Part shown: one piece after another, positions 38,611 to 48,245 of the stretch
How the letters are laid out: each line of letters begins with the position of its first letter
How positions within the stretch are numbered: position 1 is the first letter of the stretch
Source: a virus
Taxonomy: Duplodnaviria > Caudoviricetes
Reading direction: 5' to 3' (one strand)
IMG/VR virus record: IMGVR_UViG_3300044815_000135
Coordinates: 1-63,072 of that record
DNA: 63,072 nt
The notes under the pieces: generated by a model
What the model was told of the DNA's origin: nothing
Database searches by the model: none
What the model saw: only the letters and a program-made list of their open reading frames with translations
Position numbers and translations under genes: made by a program

Positions 38611-41493
38611 TTATCTCCCTGCTAAGTAAGTCATAGTTCGAACTGTTCTAGGTAAAGACTCTGTAATCTTATCACCCTCAGAAGTATTAACTACCATATT
38701 GTAGATAGTATCTCCTGCATTACTCCCATCGGCTAATGAATCAACAGCTGCAGTAACAGCAAGACTTTGACTAGCTTCCACACCCAACTTGGCTGAGGAG
38801 GCTGCTAATTGAGATTCAAGATCCTTAGTGGCAACTACAGTTCGGTAAAGAGCCTTTAGATCATCGCTCATACCAGTACCAAGAGTAAGACTATTACCCA
38901 CTTCACTGATACCATTACCAAGGTTTTGAAGAACTCTAACCTGATTCTTCATTCTCTTGGTTTCATCCGATACGACATCCGTAATCGCCCACATCGCGCG
39001 TTCGATATATGAGGGGGAATGAATACCCAAGCCGTCTTTAAAGCCCTCCCAGAGACCGCTAGCGAAATCTGTAACTGCTTTTACTGCACCGGCAATTGCA
39101 TCTTGAATAGCTTTAACCACATTGTTAAAGATACCCTTAACAAGATCGGGTAAGCCAAGCAGAGCATTTTTAATACTGTTGAAGATGTTAGTGGCAATTT
39201 TAACTGCATTGTTATAGGCATCAGTAAAGAACTTTACTACGTTTTTTACAATTTGCTGGAATAAGGCAGCAATTGCCGCAGGAAGTCCAACTATCCAAGC
39301 AACAATGCCATTGAAAATGTTCTGAGCAATAATAACGGCATTGTTCCAAAAATCAGTTAACCACTTGACTGCCCCATTGAAAAGGTCAATGAAAAACTGG
39401 ATAATCTTGGCAGGTAATTCTCGGAAGAAAGTTATGATGTTCTCGATAATTAGGGGAACATTAGTAACTATCCATTCCCCAATAGCAACCCACATAGTAA
39501 TGATATTGTTCCAGATATCAGTAAAGAACTGAGCAATTTTCCCGGGGAGTTCTTGGAAGAATTTAACAATGTTACCGATAATAATGGGAACATTGGTTGC
39601 TATCCAAGTTCCAATACTTAGAATAACCCTAACTATTGTACCTAATAGGAAACCGAGAGCATATCCAATCATTCCCGGTAAGGCCTGGAAGAATGCCACA
39701 ATCTTAGCTGGTAAGGCCTGGAAAAAACTAACTACATTAGTAATAAAAGTAGCCACTCCCTTGATGATGTTATTCCAAGTAGTAGTTACAAAGTTGTAGG
39801 CATTAATCCAGGGTTGGATAAAGATATCAAACAGTGTCTTCCCAAACCACTGGAAAAAGCTTACTACATTATTAAATACTTGTACTGCAGTTGAAGAAAT
39901 GGTGTTCCATACATCAACCAAAATTGGCACTGCTGCCTGGAAAGCTGCTACTAACTCATCCCAAAATACTACTATTGCAGTAAGGGGAACAATGAGAGCA
40001 ATCCAAGGGTTACTTTGAATCCAAGCTGCAACTTGGTCCCAATATACTAGTAGGAGGATGATGCCCGCAATAAGAGCAGCAATGGCTACAATGATAATAC
40101 CAATTGGGTTAGCCGTTAGAGCAGCATCTAGTCCAATTTGTGCTGCAGTAGCAAGGGCTGTTAATGCATTCCAAATAGCCTGTTTAGCGGCAACAATTAT
40201 GAGTACATCCTTGAGCTGAATAAACAATGCGATAATGTTTAGTAGAGACCCAGCCATAAATCCGGCAGTACCAATACCAACTAATAAGGCTCCAGTAAAA
40301 CCAATGAAACCAACAATGGCAGTTTGAACACCCTTAGGTAAATCTAAAAAGCCCTGAATAAGATTTGTTAAACCCTGTATAGTACCTCGGGCAAATTCTT
40401 GAAAACCAGAACCACTAGAGACAAACAAAGTATCAAGATTACCTCGAAGAATCTCCAGGTCACCAGATAGGTTGTCAAGTCGTTTATTTGCTACATCAAG
40501 AGCAGTTGTTTTTTCAATAGCAGCAGCCATCTCATTAAAACCATCAGCCCCCTCGCGGGTGAGCGCAATAAGTGAGGGGAGAGCTCGAGTTGCAAAAATC
40601 TGCTGAAGAGTAGCCACCTTTTGCTGGTCAGTCATACCTGCTGTGGCTTCTTGAAGAATTTGAAAGATATCAGCTAGGGATTTAGCAGACCCAGTTTCAT
40701 CATAGAACTTATTAGTACCATCCTCGGTAATGATACCAAGTTCCTTAAGAGCAGCAGTGGCTTTTGGAGTTGTACCACTAAGACCGAGCATAATCTGCCG
40801 TAGAGAAGTACCGGCAGTAGAGCCCTTGATGCCATTTACGCCCAAAATGGCCAAAGCGGCATTGACATCTTCAAATGGGATCTTTAATGCTGCAGCGATT
40901 CCACCTACATACTTCAGTGATAAGCCAAGATCTTGAACATCAACAATGGAAGAGTTAGCTGCGCCAGCAAGTTGGTCAGCAACATGTACTGCCTGATCTG
41001 CTCCCAACTGAAATGTAGCTACTGCACTAGTTATGATATTAGCGGCAGTATCTAGAGGAATATCAGCGGCCGCTCCAAGAGCAGCAACACCTTCACCAAT
41101 TCCATCAATAATATCTCTAGCAGATACACCAGACTTACCTAGTTCAATAAAACTATCAGCAATCTGATTAGCTGAGAAGATGGTATCAGCACCAAGCTGA
41201 AGAGCTTTCTCGCTAATGGCTTCATACTCAGCCTGAGTAGTGTTAGAAACTGCAGCAAAGAAGTCAAGCTTACGTTCAAATTCTGCAGCAGCATTGACTG
41301 CAATGGCAAAACCAGCAACCATTGCCGCTCCCACACCAGCGATGACAGCCCCCGAAGCCTGCATGGCTCCAGCCCCAGTATGAAGAGCAGTTACCGTTGA
41401 AAGATGGGATTGGCGAGCTAAGGTATAGGATGCAAGAGCTTGCTTGACATCCAGGATCATTTGACCCTTGATAGTACCTAATGATTCGCTCAT
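38611..41493 (-). CDS. tape measure protein (TP901-like core)
   Basis: GIKGSTAGTSLR, DNL.GDL; Trp/Phe-spaced 11-aa repeats. Confidence 0.95.
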   Translation of the reverse strand: MSESLGTIKGQMILDVKQALASYTLARQSHLSTVTALHTGAGAMQASGAVIAGVGAAMVAGFAIAVNAAAEFERKLDFFAAVSNTTQAEYEAISEKALQLGADTIFSANQIADSFIELGKSGVSARDIIDGIGEGVAALGAAADIPLDTAANIITSAVATFQLGADQAVHVADQLAGAANSSIVDVQDLGLSLKYVGGIAAALKIPFEDVNAALAILGVNGIKGSTAGTSLRQIMLGLSGTTPKATAALKELGIITEDGTNKFYDETGSAKSLADIFQILQEATAGMTDQQKVATLQQIFATRALPSLIALTREGADGFNEMAAAIEKTTALDVANKRLDNLSGDLEILRGNLDTLFVSSGSGFQEFARGTIQGLTNLIQGFLDLPKGVQTAIVGFIGFTGALLVGIGTAGFMAGSLLNIIALFIQLKDVLIIVAAKQAIWNALTALATAAQIGLDAALTANPIGIIIVAIAALIAGIILLLVYWDQVAAWIQSNPWIALIVPLTAIVVFWDELVAAFQAAVPILVDVWNTISSTAVQVFNNVVSFFQWFGKTLFDIFIQPWINAYNFVTTTWNNIIKGVATFITNVVSFFQALPAKIVAFFQALPGMIGYALGFLLGTIVRVILSIGTWIATNVPIIIGNIVKFFQELPGKIAQFFTDIWNNIITMWVAIGEWIVTNVPLIIENIITFFRELPAKIIQFFIDLFNGAVKWLTDFWNNAVIIAQNIFNGIVAWIVGLPAAIAALFQQIVKNVVKFFTDAYNNAVKIATNIFNSIKNALLGLPDLVKGIFNNVVKAIQDAIAGAVKAVTDFASGLWEGFKDGLGIHSPSYIERAMWAITDVVSDETKRMKNQVRVLQNLGNGISEVGNSLTLGTGMSDDLKALYRTVVATKDLESQLAASSAKLGVEASQSLAVTAAVDSLADGSNAGDTIYNMVVNTSEGDKITESLPRTVRTMTYLAGR

Positions 41494-41503
41494 GGTTTAC
41501 TTT

Positions 41504-41810
41504 CTATAGTCCAAATAGAGCTGCAGGATCGGCATATTGCTGCTTTACTGGATCAGAACCGGTACTAAGATATTTAGCCAGTACCCTCTTGCGTGCGGCT
41601 TCACTTCGACCCTGTCCCTTTGATTTCTTTTGACCAGCTTGCTCAAGTTCTGAGTTTACTGTAGAACCAAAATACCAAACTGCCTGATCTAGACAATAAG
41701 CTTCATAACTACCGGGGGTCAAGCCCAGCAGCTGACTGGGCGGCACGAACATCGCCTGAGCTTGCTGCCACAGCATCCAAACCGATCCGCTGTTGCTGAC
41801 GAAATTTTTC
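41504..41810 (-). CDS. tail assembly chaperone C-terminal (frameshift) extension
   Basis: Overlaps chaperone in +1 frame; PS.LLG...AYCLDQAV..FG. Confidence 0.7.
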
Positions 41811-42254
41811 GAGGTCGCGGGTACCCCCGGAAACCCACTGCAGAAGGAACTGCTTATCATCCTGGGGAAGTTCATCAGCATACAGCTGCTCATCACTTCG
41901 TTCAGCTTCTGTCTTAGGCCGGGGAAGAATAACTGGCTCAACAATAACCTTGACAACTACCGCATCAAGCATTACATCCATTGCCGCGAGCATTTCGGGG
42001 TCAAGGTCGCCCTCAGTGCTCATAAAATCTTTGACGGAGGGGGCTTTACCTTTAGATAGGGCTTCCTTAATAATAACCATTAGGTTGTTAGGAATGATAC
42101 CACCATCCATAAAAGCCTGAAGACCTCCAGGGTTTCTAGCTTTTACAACTAACCCAGATGGCAACTCCATAGTGCCACCCATTCGCTTCTTAAAATCACC
42201 AATTTGTGAGATTTTTAGCTCTTCAGCTTTCTTCTCATCTTTTGTTATGGTCAT
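41709..42254 (-). CDS. tail assembly chaperone
   Basis: Between major tail and tape measure; LPSG...DKQFL.QW. Confidence 0.8.
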   Translation of the reverse strand: MTITKDEKKAEELKISQIGDFKKRMGGTMELPSGLVVKARNPGGLQAFMDGGIIPNNLMVIIKEALSKGKAPSVKDFMSTEGDLDPEMLAAMDVMLDAVVVKVIVEPVILPRPKTEAERSDEQLYADELPQDDKQFLLQWVSGGTRDLEKFRQQQRIGLDAVAASSGDVRAAQSAAGLDPR

Positions 42255-42428
42255 TAGGTCCTCCTGGGGATCTTTTAGTGACTATGTATTTTCTGTTGTT
42301 GTAGCAAGTTATAGCTGGTCTTGCCCGTTTCGTATTTCGTGCAATATCCCAAGGATATATGCACGATACAAATCACGCAACAACCTGCGATACCCATGCC
42401 ATATTCTTGCGGCGAGCTTCTCTTTCTA

Positions 42429-42977
42429 TTAGGTTCCCGCAGTCATTGCAATAGCAGTTTCGTTGTGAACCATATCGTAGAGCTTGCTATCCGACTCATT
42501 TCCATAGCCCTTACCAGAAGCAGCGGTAAGAAGGAAGGAGCCATTGGACATTTCAGCCTCAAGGTCACCATCTGCCTTGCAACGATAAACAACAGTATGG
42601 AAATCACCGCTGTTATCTGAAATAGCCCGGCCTTCAACCTGGAAGTAAGGACGCTGTTCAGTAGTTAACTTGGTATAGGTGTGCTTGATAGCGGGAGTAG
42701 TACCACTGACAACGATAGTACCACCAGAGAGGATCTTCCAAATGGCAAGTGAAATACCGCCACCCTCAAGATCCCAATCGACCGTTGGACCAGAGCCATG
42801 AGAAGCAACCGTGTGATCGTCACCCTCGAGCTGCTCGAAATCTTCTACTTCACTGAAGGAGAAAGTACGAGAAGCAGGAAGCAGTAGCGAATCAGCAGCG
42901 ACCAAAGCACCGGCAACGATAGGCGTAAGTTTTACCTGTCGGAGACCGAAAGGCAAAGCATAAGCTGCAAGAGCCAT
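42429..42977 (-). CDS. major tail protein
   Basis: Position; LPFGLR.VK, L.GDD, PYF..EG, YRCK; GC-rich codons. Confidence 0.85.
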   Translation of the reverse strand: MALAAYALPFGLRQVKLTPIVAGALVAADSLLLPASRTFSFSEVEDFEQLEGDDHTVASHGSGPTVDWDLEGGGISLAIWKILSGGTIVVSGTTPAIKHTYTKLTTEQRPYFQVEGRAISDNSGDFHTVVYRCKADGDLEAEMSNGSFLLTAASGKGYGNESDSKLYDMVHNETAIAMTAGT

Positions 42978-42978
42978 T

Positions 42979-43176
42979 TTATTCCTTTCTTGTGAGAGGT
43001 TCTTTAAACCTCTTAGTTTCTATTACCTGCCCAGTTTCCAGAGACAGGGTGTGGAGAACAACTACCTCAGGAGTTGATCCGCACTTCCGTCGATGACATT
43101 TAACTTCTATGGTACCTTTAGCATCTACTGATGCAATACCATATAAATCACCAGCGCAACGAAGTTCAGTTGTCAT
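42979..43176 (-). CDS. Com-like zinc-ribbon protein
   Basis: ELRC...IEVKC...CG. Confidence 0.55.
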   Translation of the reverse strand: MTTELRCAGDLYGIASVDAKGTIEVKCHRRKCGSTPEVVVLHTLSLETGQVIETKRFKEPLTRKE

Positions 43177-43300
43177 CCCAAGGCTTCCTTATAACTTGTT
43201 TCAAGTCAATGACCAATTTATCATGCAGCGCATGAAAGTCGCTTAGAAGATCATCCTAGCGATTCCCATATGCAACTCATGATGAATTATGAATGATTGA

Positions 43301-43618
43301 CTATTTGGTTGGAGAAGAATTCTTTACTGGGGCTTCTGGGACAATAGTCGGATTTTCAACTTCGAGTTCCTCCTCCTCCTGATCTTCCTCTTCTTGAGTA
43401 GTAGCTTTAGAAGATTCCTTTGGTTCCTTCTTACTAAGACGGAATTCACCGAAGATGTTATCAGGAGCAAGAAGAGCATCTGCCACCTTATCATCTACCT
43501 CTACAGCCTTTTTACGAGGGAAAAGAGTCTTTGTAAATCCTTCCACACCCGCCTTTGCAAGGTCAGCAGTGGTAAGCTCACGGACATCGGCAAACCCAGT
43601 GTAAACTACTTTCTTCAT
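43301..43618 (-). CDS. hypothetical virion-region protein
   Basis: AGGAG RBS, acidic C-terminus. Confidence 0.65.
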   Translation of the reverse strand: MKKVVYTGFADVRELTTADLAKAGVEGFTKTLFPRKKAVEVDDKVADALLAPDNIFGEFRLSKKEPKESSKATTQEEEDQEEEELEVENPTIVPEAPVKNSSPTK

Positions 43619-43619
43619 C

Positions 43620-44054
43620 TTACATCTCCTTCTTTATTAATTGGAACCGTACATAGCGAAATACCGTATTGAGAGTATCGTCATTTAGATCCTGAGAGGT
43701 TTCGAGATATCGAGCAATCCAAACTCCATCGGCTGTTGAACTAGCTAACCTAAAGGCTTTTCTAACCTGAGTTACTACTGCATCAATTTTGTCATAGTCA
43801 GCCACATCACCGTCATGGAAATCATGTACCCAAACCTGGAAATACTGCCTAGAAATTTCCTGATCTTCTGCTAAGTCTTCAGTTGTTTCATTCCCCAGTT
43901 TATAAACGATGTAAGGGCATTCTTCTACTGATGAGGTTAAAGATTTCTTAGCAAAAATTCGAGGTCGTGGTTCTAAATCATCTTCATTAGTGACTAAAGC
44001 AAGAAGGGGGCTGAATGTCGTTAGAGTTCCATAAACAAAAGTACGAGCAGTCAT
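43620..44054 (-). CDS. tail terminator
   Basis: Position; PYIVY...QVWVHD. Confidence 0.7.
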   Translation of the reverse strand: MTARTFVYGTLTTFSPLLALVTNEDDLEPRPRIFAKKSLTSSVEECPYIVYKLGNETTEDLAEDQEISRQYFQVWVHDFHDGDVADYDKIDAVVTQVRKAFRLASSTADGVWIARYLETSQDLNDDTLNTVFRYVRFQLIKKEM

Positions 44055-44431
44055 TAGTTTCTCCCCCGTCTTGCTCGTGAAATTCTTGCAACAGCCTTAC
44101 CCATAACTTGAGGAGCCATGACTTCCAGGGTGGGTAAAATAATGGCAAATCGTCCATTTTGGATAATTTCAAGCCAAAGTCCATATTCCACTGTATGAGC
44201 CAGCTCAAGAAATACAGAACCATCATTCTCATAAACGTCGGTGGTTAAGCCCGCTCGAGCATCGCCAGTTCTATCTTCCCAGGGGGCATGGTTTCTAGCA
44301 TAATTTTCAACTTGACCTCTAGCAGTTTCAAATTCTTCTTTAGCTACATCATCCCACTCAGGACCATCAAACCAAACTACAATGCCATCGAATATATTGC
44401 TAAATAGCCCTGTTTTACGAGTTTTAGCCAC
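44054..44431 (-). CDS. HK97 gp10-like neck protein
   Basis: APW.DRTG.AR, H.VEYG.WLE. Confidence 0.75.
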   Translation of the reverse strand: MAKTRKTGLFSNIFDGIVVWFDGPEWDDVAKEEFETARGQVENYARNHAPWEDRTGDARAGLTTDVYENDGSVFLELAHTVEYGLWLEIIQNGRFAIILPTLEVMAPQVMGKAVARISRARRGRN

Positions 44432-44816
44432 TTCGATTCACCGGACCTAGTAATTCAATAGCAGCAAGAATCGATTCAATCCTTTGCTTATGAATACCTA
44501 CAATCTTGTATTTCTCCCCTTTCCAAAAGAATTGATCTTCCTCTTGGATATCTAAAGAATACTTCCCAATTAATAGGTAGTCAGTGTGGGGAATATCACC
44601 CGCTTCAGCATTTACTATCCCTGGGTTGTATCGTCTTTTATTGAGTACAATGCGAGCCTTTTGAGGATCTAAATCTGAAGGTAATCCTTGAGTATAACCA
44701 CCTGTACCGGTATTTTGTATAGGTACTGCTGCACGTGAGATTACAAGCGAGATCGGGTCAGCGTTGATAAATTCTCTAACGTTGACCCGTCTCATTATAA
44801 GCTCACTGCGGTTCAT
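44424..44816 (-). CDS. head-to-tail stopper
   Basis: Position; DI...D.F.W.G..Y. Confidence 0.7.
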   Translation of the reverse strand: MNRSELIMRRVNVREFINADPISLVISRAAVPIQNTGTGGYTQGLPSDLDPQKARIVLNKRRYNPGIVNAEAGDIPHTDYLLIGKYSLDIQEEDQFFWKGEKYKIVGIHKQRIESILAAIELLGPVNRSG

Positions 44817-45142
44817 GGTGTTCGAACAATCTTTCCTACTCGAGAGCGACCATATCCTGGACCTAGAATTTGTTCTCTATAATGGTTTATCATGTACTTG
44901 GCATGATCCATAAGATCGCTAAATTCCCTAGCAGCTGCTCCATCTACCACATTCACAAGGTTAGCCCAGTGAGCTAGTTTGGCTTCCCAACCCTCGACTA
45001 GAGCATGATTCAGAGTATCTGTATCATCAATCCAAAGGGTAATTTGGTCATTGGTAAACAGAGTATCATCTTCATCCCCATCTGGGGGAATACTCTCACC
45101 GAGTTTCATTCTTACTGAAGTAATTTCAGCCTCGGTTGCCAT
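44813..45142 (-). CDS. head-to-tail adaptor
   Basis: VR..LGE...FT.DQI; position. Confidence 0.7.
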   Translation of the reverse strand: MATEAEITSVRMKLGESIPPDGDEDDTLFTNDQITLWIDDTDTLNHALVEGWEAKLAHWANLVNVVDGAAAREFSDLMDHAKYMINHYREQILGPGYGRSRVGKIVRTP

Positions 45143-45147
45143 GAGTT

Positions 45148-45600
45148 TTATTCCTCAGTAATATCAGCTTCAGCTTCAAGAGCATCAGCCTCAATCAGAG
45201 CAGCACGAACTTCACTAGCCTTCTTCATGCCAGTTGTGTCCACACCCCGCTGGGTGGCAAGAGCCTTAAGTTCTGGACCAGCAAGTTCACTGTAGTCTCT
45301 AACTTCGACCTCTTCAGCCTCTTCATCTTCTTCGACTTCTTCTTCGACCTCTTCATCGGCTTCTGCTTCATCATCGGTCTCGTCGTCGCTTAGTTCCTCT
45401 TCATCAGCAATTGCCTCAGGTTCGGGGGTTGGAGCGACTGCAGGCTTCTTTACGGCCTTCTTAGGCTGAGCCTTTGGGGCATCGTCAGCAAGTCCAGCAG
45501 CAGCGAGAGTTTGTCGTGCCAAGAAGACTGGATCATTACTGATGATGTTTCCACGAGAGTCTTCAAAAACAACGGGTTCGTAATCTTTGGTCTTAGCCAT
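45148..45600 (-). CDS. acidic protein with C-terminal HeH/SAP-like domain
   Basis: YSEL...ELKALA..RGV....K..EVRAAL. Confidence 0.65.
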   Translation of the reverse strand: MAKTKDYEPVVFEDSRGNIISNDPVFLARQTLAAAGLADDAPKAQPKKAVKKPAVAPTPEPEAIADEEELSDDETDDEAEADEEVEEEVEEDEEAEEVEVRDYSELAGPELKALATQRGVDTTGMKKASEVRAALIEADALEAEADITEE

Positions 45601-45682
45601 GATGGCTTCTCCTTAGTTCAAATAAAAGGGAGCTAAAGGGGGGCAGCCCCATTATATGAACTGCCCCACCTCTAGATGATGC

Positions 45683-46864
45683 TTAACCGAGGGCGATGTC
45701 GTATGCAGCAGGCACGGCGTAGTTGCCTGAAGCCTTTACCTGCATAATGGCGATTGCTCCACGGTGGCGAATACCAGTACCTAGGCCTCGACGGTAGAAT
45801 GAGTCGAGCAGTGGGTAATCACTGCGCTGACCCGGAATTACCTTGAGTCCTCGATATGATGGGTTGTTGTGCTCGCGGTAGCCAATGGGGTTCGAGATGT
45901 TATTCTGTCCACCCGTAACTACTGAGACCAAGTAACCTGCTGGGATATAGCCTTCTTCAACGATGTGGAAAGGACCATAGGTACCAATCTCACCCTTGAC
46001 GGTACCAGTAGGACCGCCGACATAAGTTCCGGTATTCGGTACGAATACTGCACCCCCGTAATAAGCAGGGTTGGGAACGAAGTCAAATGCCGCACCGGTA
46101 GCAGTACGGAATACCTTGATGATATCCGCTTCCTGCTTGTTAACCAGAAGAACGTTACGGTAGCCACCCTGCAAGGTATAGCCATGCTCTTCAGTAAGAA
46201 GTGCGAGGGCGGTAAGGTTTGCAGAAGTAACTGCGGTGTTACCCGAAATTACATAGTGGTTGTGGCTGCCAGCAAAGGTAACGTGCTTGTAAGTGGGAGG
46301 CACTTCGCCATCCGCATTGTAAGCAGCGAAAACCGTAACCGGCTCGTTCTTATCGGTGTAACCATTGCTGTTAAGGGGGTTGAACAGTCGCTGCATAACC
46401 TTGCGGAACTGCAGCTTAATGTCCGCCTCTAGAGCGAGGTTGTGGTTCATGCGAAGCTGAGACTGATCAGCCTCTGCAATGAACATCCAGGTGTATCGAA
46501 TGGCCAGGTCGTAGAACTTGAAGTCATACCCTCGGAAGAACCGAGTAGCAGTACCACTGATACCGACCGGCTGACCATACTCAGAAGCCTCTTCGAAGTC
46601 AACTTCACTAGGGACTTGAACTTCACTAGTGATAGTGTTAACTCGAACCGACAGAGAGTCAATTAGACTGGTGCGATCCCGGTTGCGAATTGCGATGGTG
46701 TTCTGAACTTCATTCCAGAAGTCATTCAGATCAGTACCATCAGCAGCTCGGACTACATCAGCTCGCTCGTTGAATCCCTGCTCCTGACCAAACACAGTCA
46801 GAGAATCAGGCGACTCATCCAGGAGCCAATGAATTAGTGCCTCAGCACTGGTGTTAATTTTCAT
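45683..46864 (-). CDS. major capsid protein
   Basis: About 390 aa after scaffold/decoration; FEEASEYG.P; strong codon bias; hairpin downstream. Confidence 0.88.
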   Translation of the reverse strand: MKINTSAEALIHWLLDESPDSLTVFGQEQGFNERADVVRAADGTDLNDFWNEVQNTIAIRNRDRTSLIDSLSVRVNTITSEVQVPSEVDFEEASEYGQPVGISGTATRFFRGYDFKFYDLAIRYTWMFIAEADQSQLRMNHNLALEADIKLQFRKVMQRLFNPLNSNGYTDKNEPVTVFAAYNADGEVPPTYKHVTFAGSHNHYVISGNTAVTSANLTALALLTEEHGYTLQGGYRNVLLVNKQEADIIKVFRTATGAAFDFVPNPAYYGGAVFVPNTGTYVGGPTGTVKGEIGTYGPFHIVEEGYIPAGYLVSVVTGGQNNISNPIGYREHNNPSYRGLKVIPGQRSDYPLLDSFYRRGLGTGIRHRGAIAIMQVKASGNYAVPAAYDIALG

Positions 46865-46874
46865 CTCAGGTTCC

Positions 46875-47465
46875 TTAAGAGAAGTACGGCGAGCTCTTGA
46901 TTTCGCCAATTACCGTGTTAAGGTAAGTGCGAACCGCAGCGAGGTCGGCGAATGATCCGGGTACCGCGGTCAATGCGGTGGCAGCAACAGCATCCGCAGT
47001 TGCATCGCCGGCAGCACCGGTAGCAATACGAACGATGAGACGACCAGCCTCGACCGTGAATCCGATTGGAATGTCCCCTGCAGTTGCATCGGCCTGAGCA
47101 ACAATGTCGCCATCAGCCTGTGCGAAAAACAGAGTACCAGCGGGATAGTCATCTTCATCTAGATCAACGATATCTCCGTTGGTCATGATGTCAACAACAT
47201 CGCCGGCTTGTGCCCCAATTGGGGCGTATGCGTTGGGTGTACCACCGTTAAGCGAGGTAGTCCACGAGCCGATCGGGCCCTTGGCAACATTCTTCACGAG
47301 AATGCCAACCAGGCCAGACTGTCCGGCAGTGCCAACGACTGCTAAACCGGACGCATTGAGTGAAACGGCCTTAGGACCAAATTCACCACTGACGAGAGTC
47401 AACGCGGCATTAAGCCGAGCACGAAACCCACCTGCGAGCGGCTCGTACTTATCGTACTTTGCCAT
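46875..47465 (-). CDS. capsid decoration protein
   Basis: Position; AGDVVDIMT.G.I, IGFTVEA.RLIVR. Confidence 0.7.
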   Translation of the reverse strand: MAKYDKYEPLAGGFRARLNAALTLVSGEFGPKAVSLNASGLAVVGTAGQSGLVGILVKNVAKGPIGSWTTSLNGGTPNAYAPIGAQAGDVVDIMTNGDIVDLDEDDYPAGTLFFAQADGDIVAQADATAGDIPIGFTVEAGRLIVRIATGAAGDATADAVAATALTAVPGSFADLAAVRTYLNTVIGEIKSSPYFS

Positions 47466-47513
47466 TTGCTTTACCTTTCTGGTGTGGAAGTTGATTTAAC
47501 TGGTGGTTATCAT

Positions 47514-48245
47514 TTAAAGCGAGGGATAGAATTCCTTCAAAGCATCATCAGTTGGCTTCTTCTGGCGATTAGAACCACCAAATTGACCACCTGTTTCTTG
47601 CCCATCATCAGTACCCGAGGTAATGAAATGAGGTTTCTTAAGTGAAAGCTCCTTTACCAATTTCTCTACTGACTTGACATCAATAGTAATATCGGATGGA
47701 TCATCCTCATCTTGTGTAAAAATGATTTTGGATCGATTAACCCCATCGATTGCATCAGCAGGATCAATAAACTTTAGCTTTTCAGCTGCAGCCTTAATTT
47801 CTGCGTTCTGGTCACGAATCAAAAGCCCAGAGGCCAACTTGGCAACTTTCTCAGTTGCGAGCTTTTCCTTAGCCTGAGCTCTTTGGATGTCAGTCATCTT
47901 AGCTTGATCGCGCGCATCCTTCTCCTTCTGGAGTTTGGTAGCGAGTTTTTCAGCTGCTTTCCGGTCTTTACGTTCCTTATCCAGGGCCGTTTTTAAACCG
48001 GTGACATCTTCAGGTTTTTCTTCATCCTCTTCATTCTCTTCAGATTCATCTTCAGTTTCTTCGGAATTCTCTTCCTCAGTATTTTCTGATTCAGAACCTT
48101 CTGTCTCAGTTTCCCCATTTTCCTCAGCTCCAGAGATCACCTCGGGAAGTTGGCGGATTAAGCCACCTTTAGTAAGGTGGTCAAGAGGAATCCTCAGCTT
48201 GTTCATGATAACCTTTCTTACGCATCCCGCGTTATTTCGAAGCAT
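47514..48245 (-). CDS. scaffolding protein
   Basis: Acidic N-terminus, GLK.AL.KER coiled coil, KPHF...G. Confidence 0.8.
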   Translation of the reverse strand: MLRNNAGCVRKVIMNKLRIPLDHLTKGGLIRQLPEVISGAEENGETETEGSESENTEEENSEETEDESEENEEDEEKPEDVTGLKTALDKERKDRKAAEKLATKLQKEKDARDQAKMTDIQRAQAKEKLATEKVAKLASGLLIRDQNAEIKAAAEKLKFIDPADAIDGVNRSKIIFTQDEDDPSDITIDVKSVEKLVKELSLKKPHFITSGTDDGQETGGQFGGSNRQKKPTDDALKEFYPSL

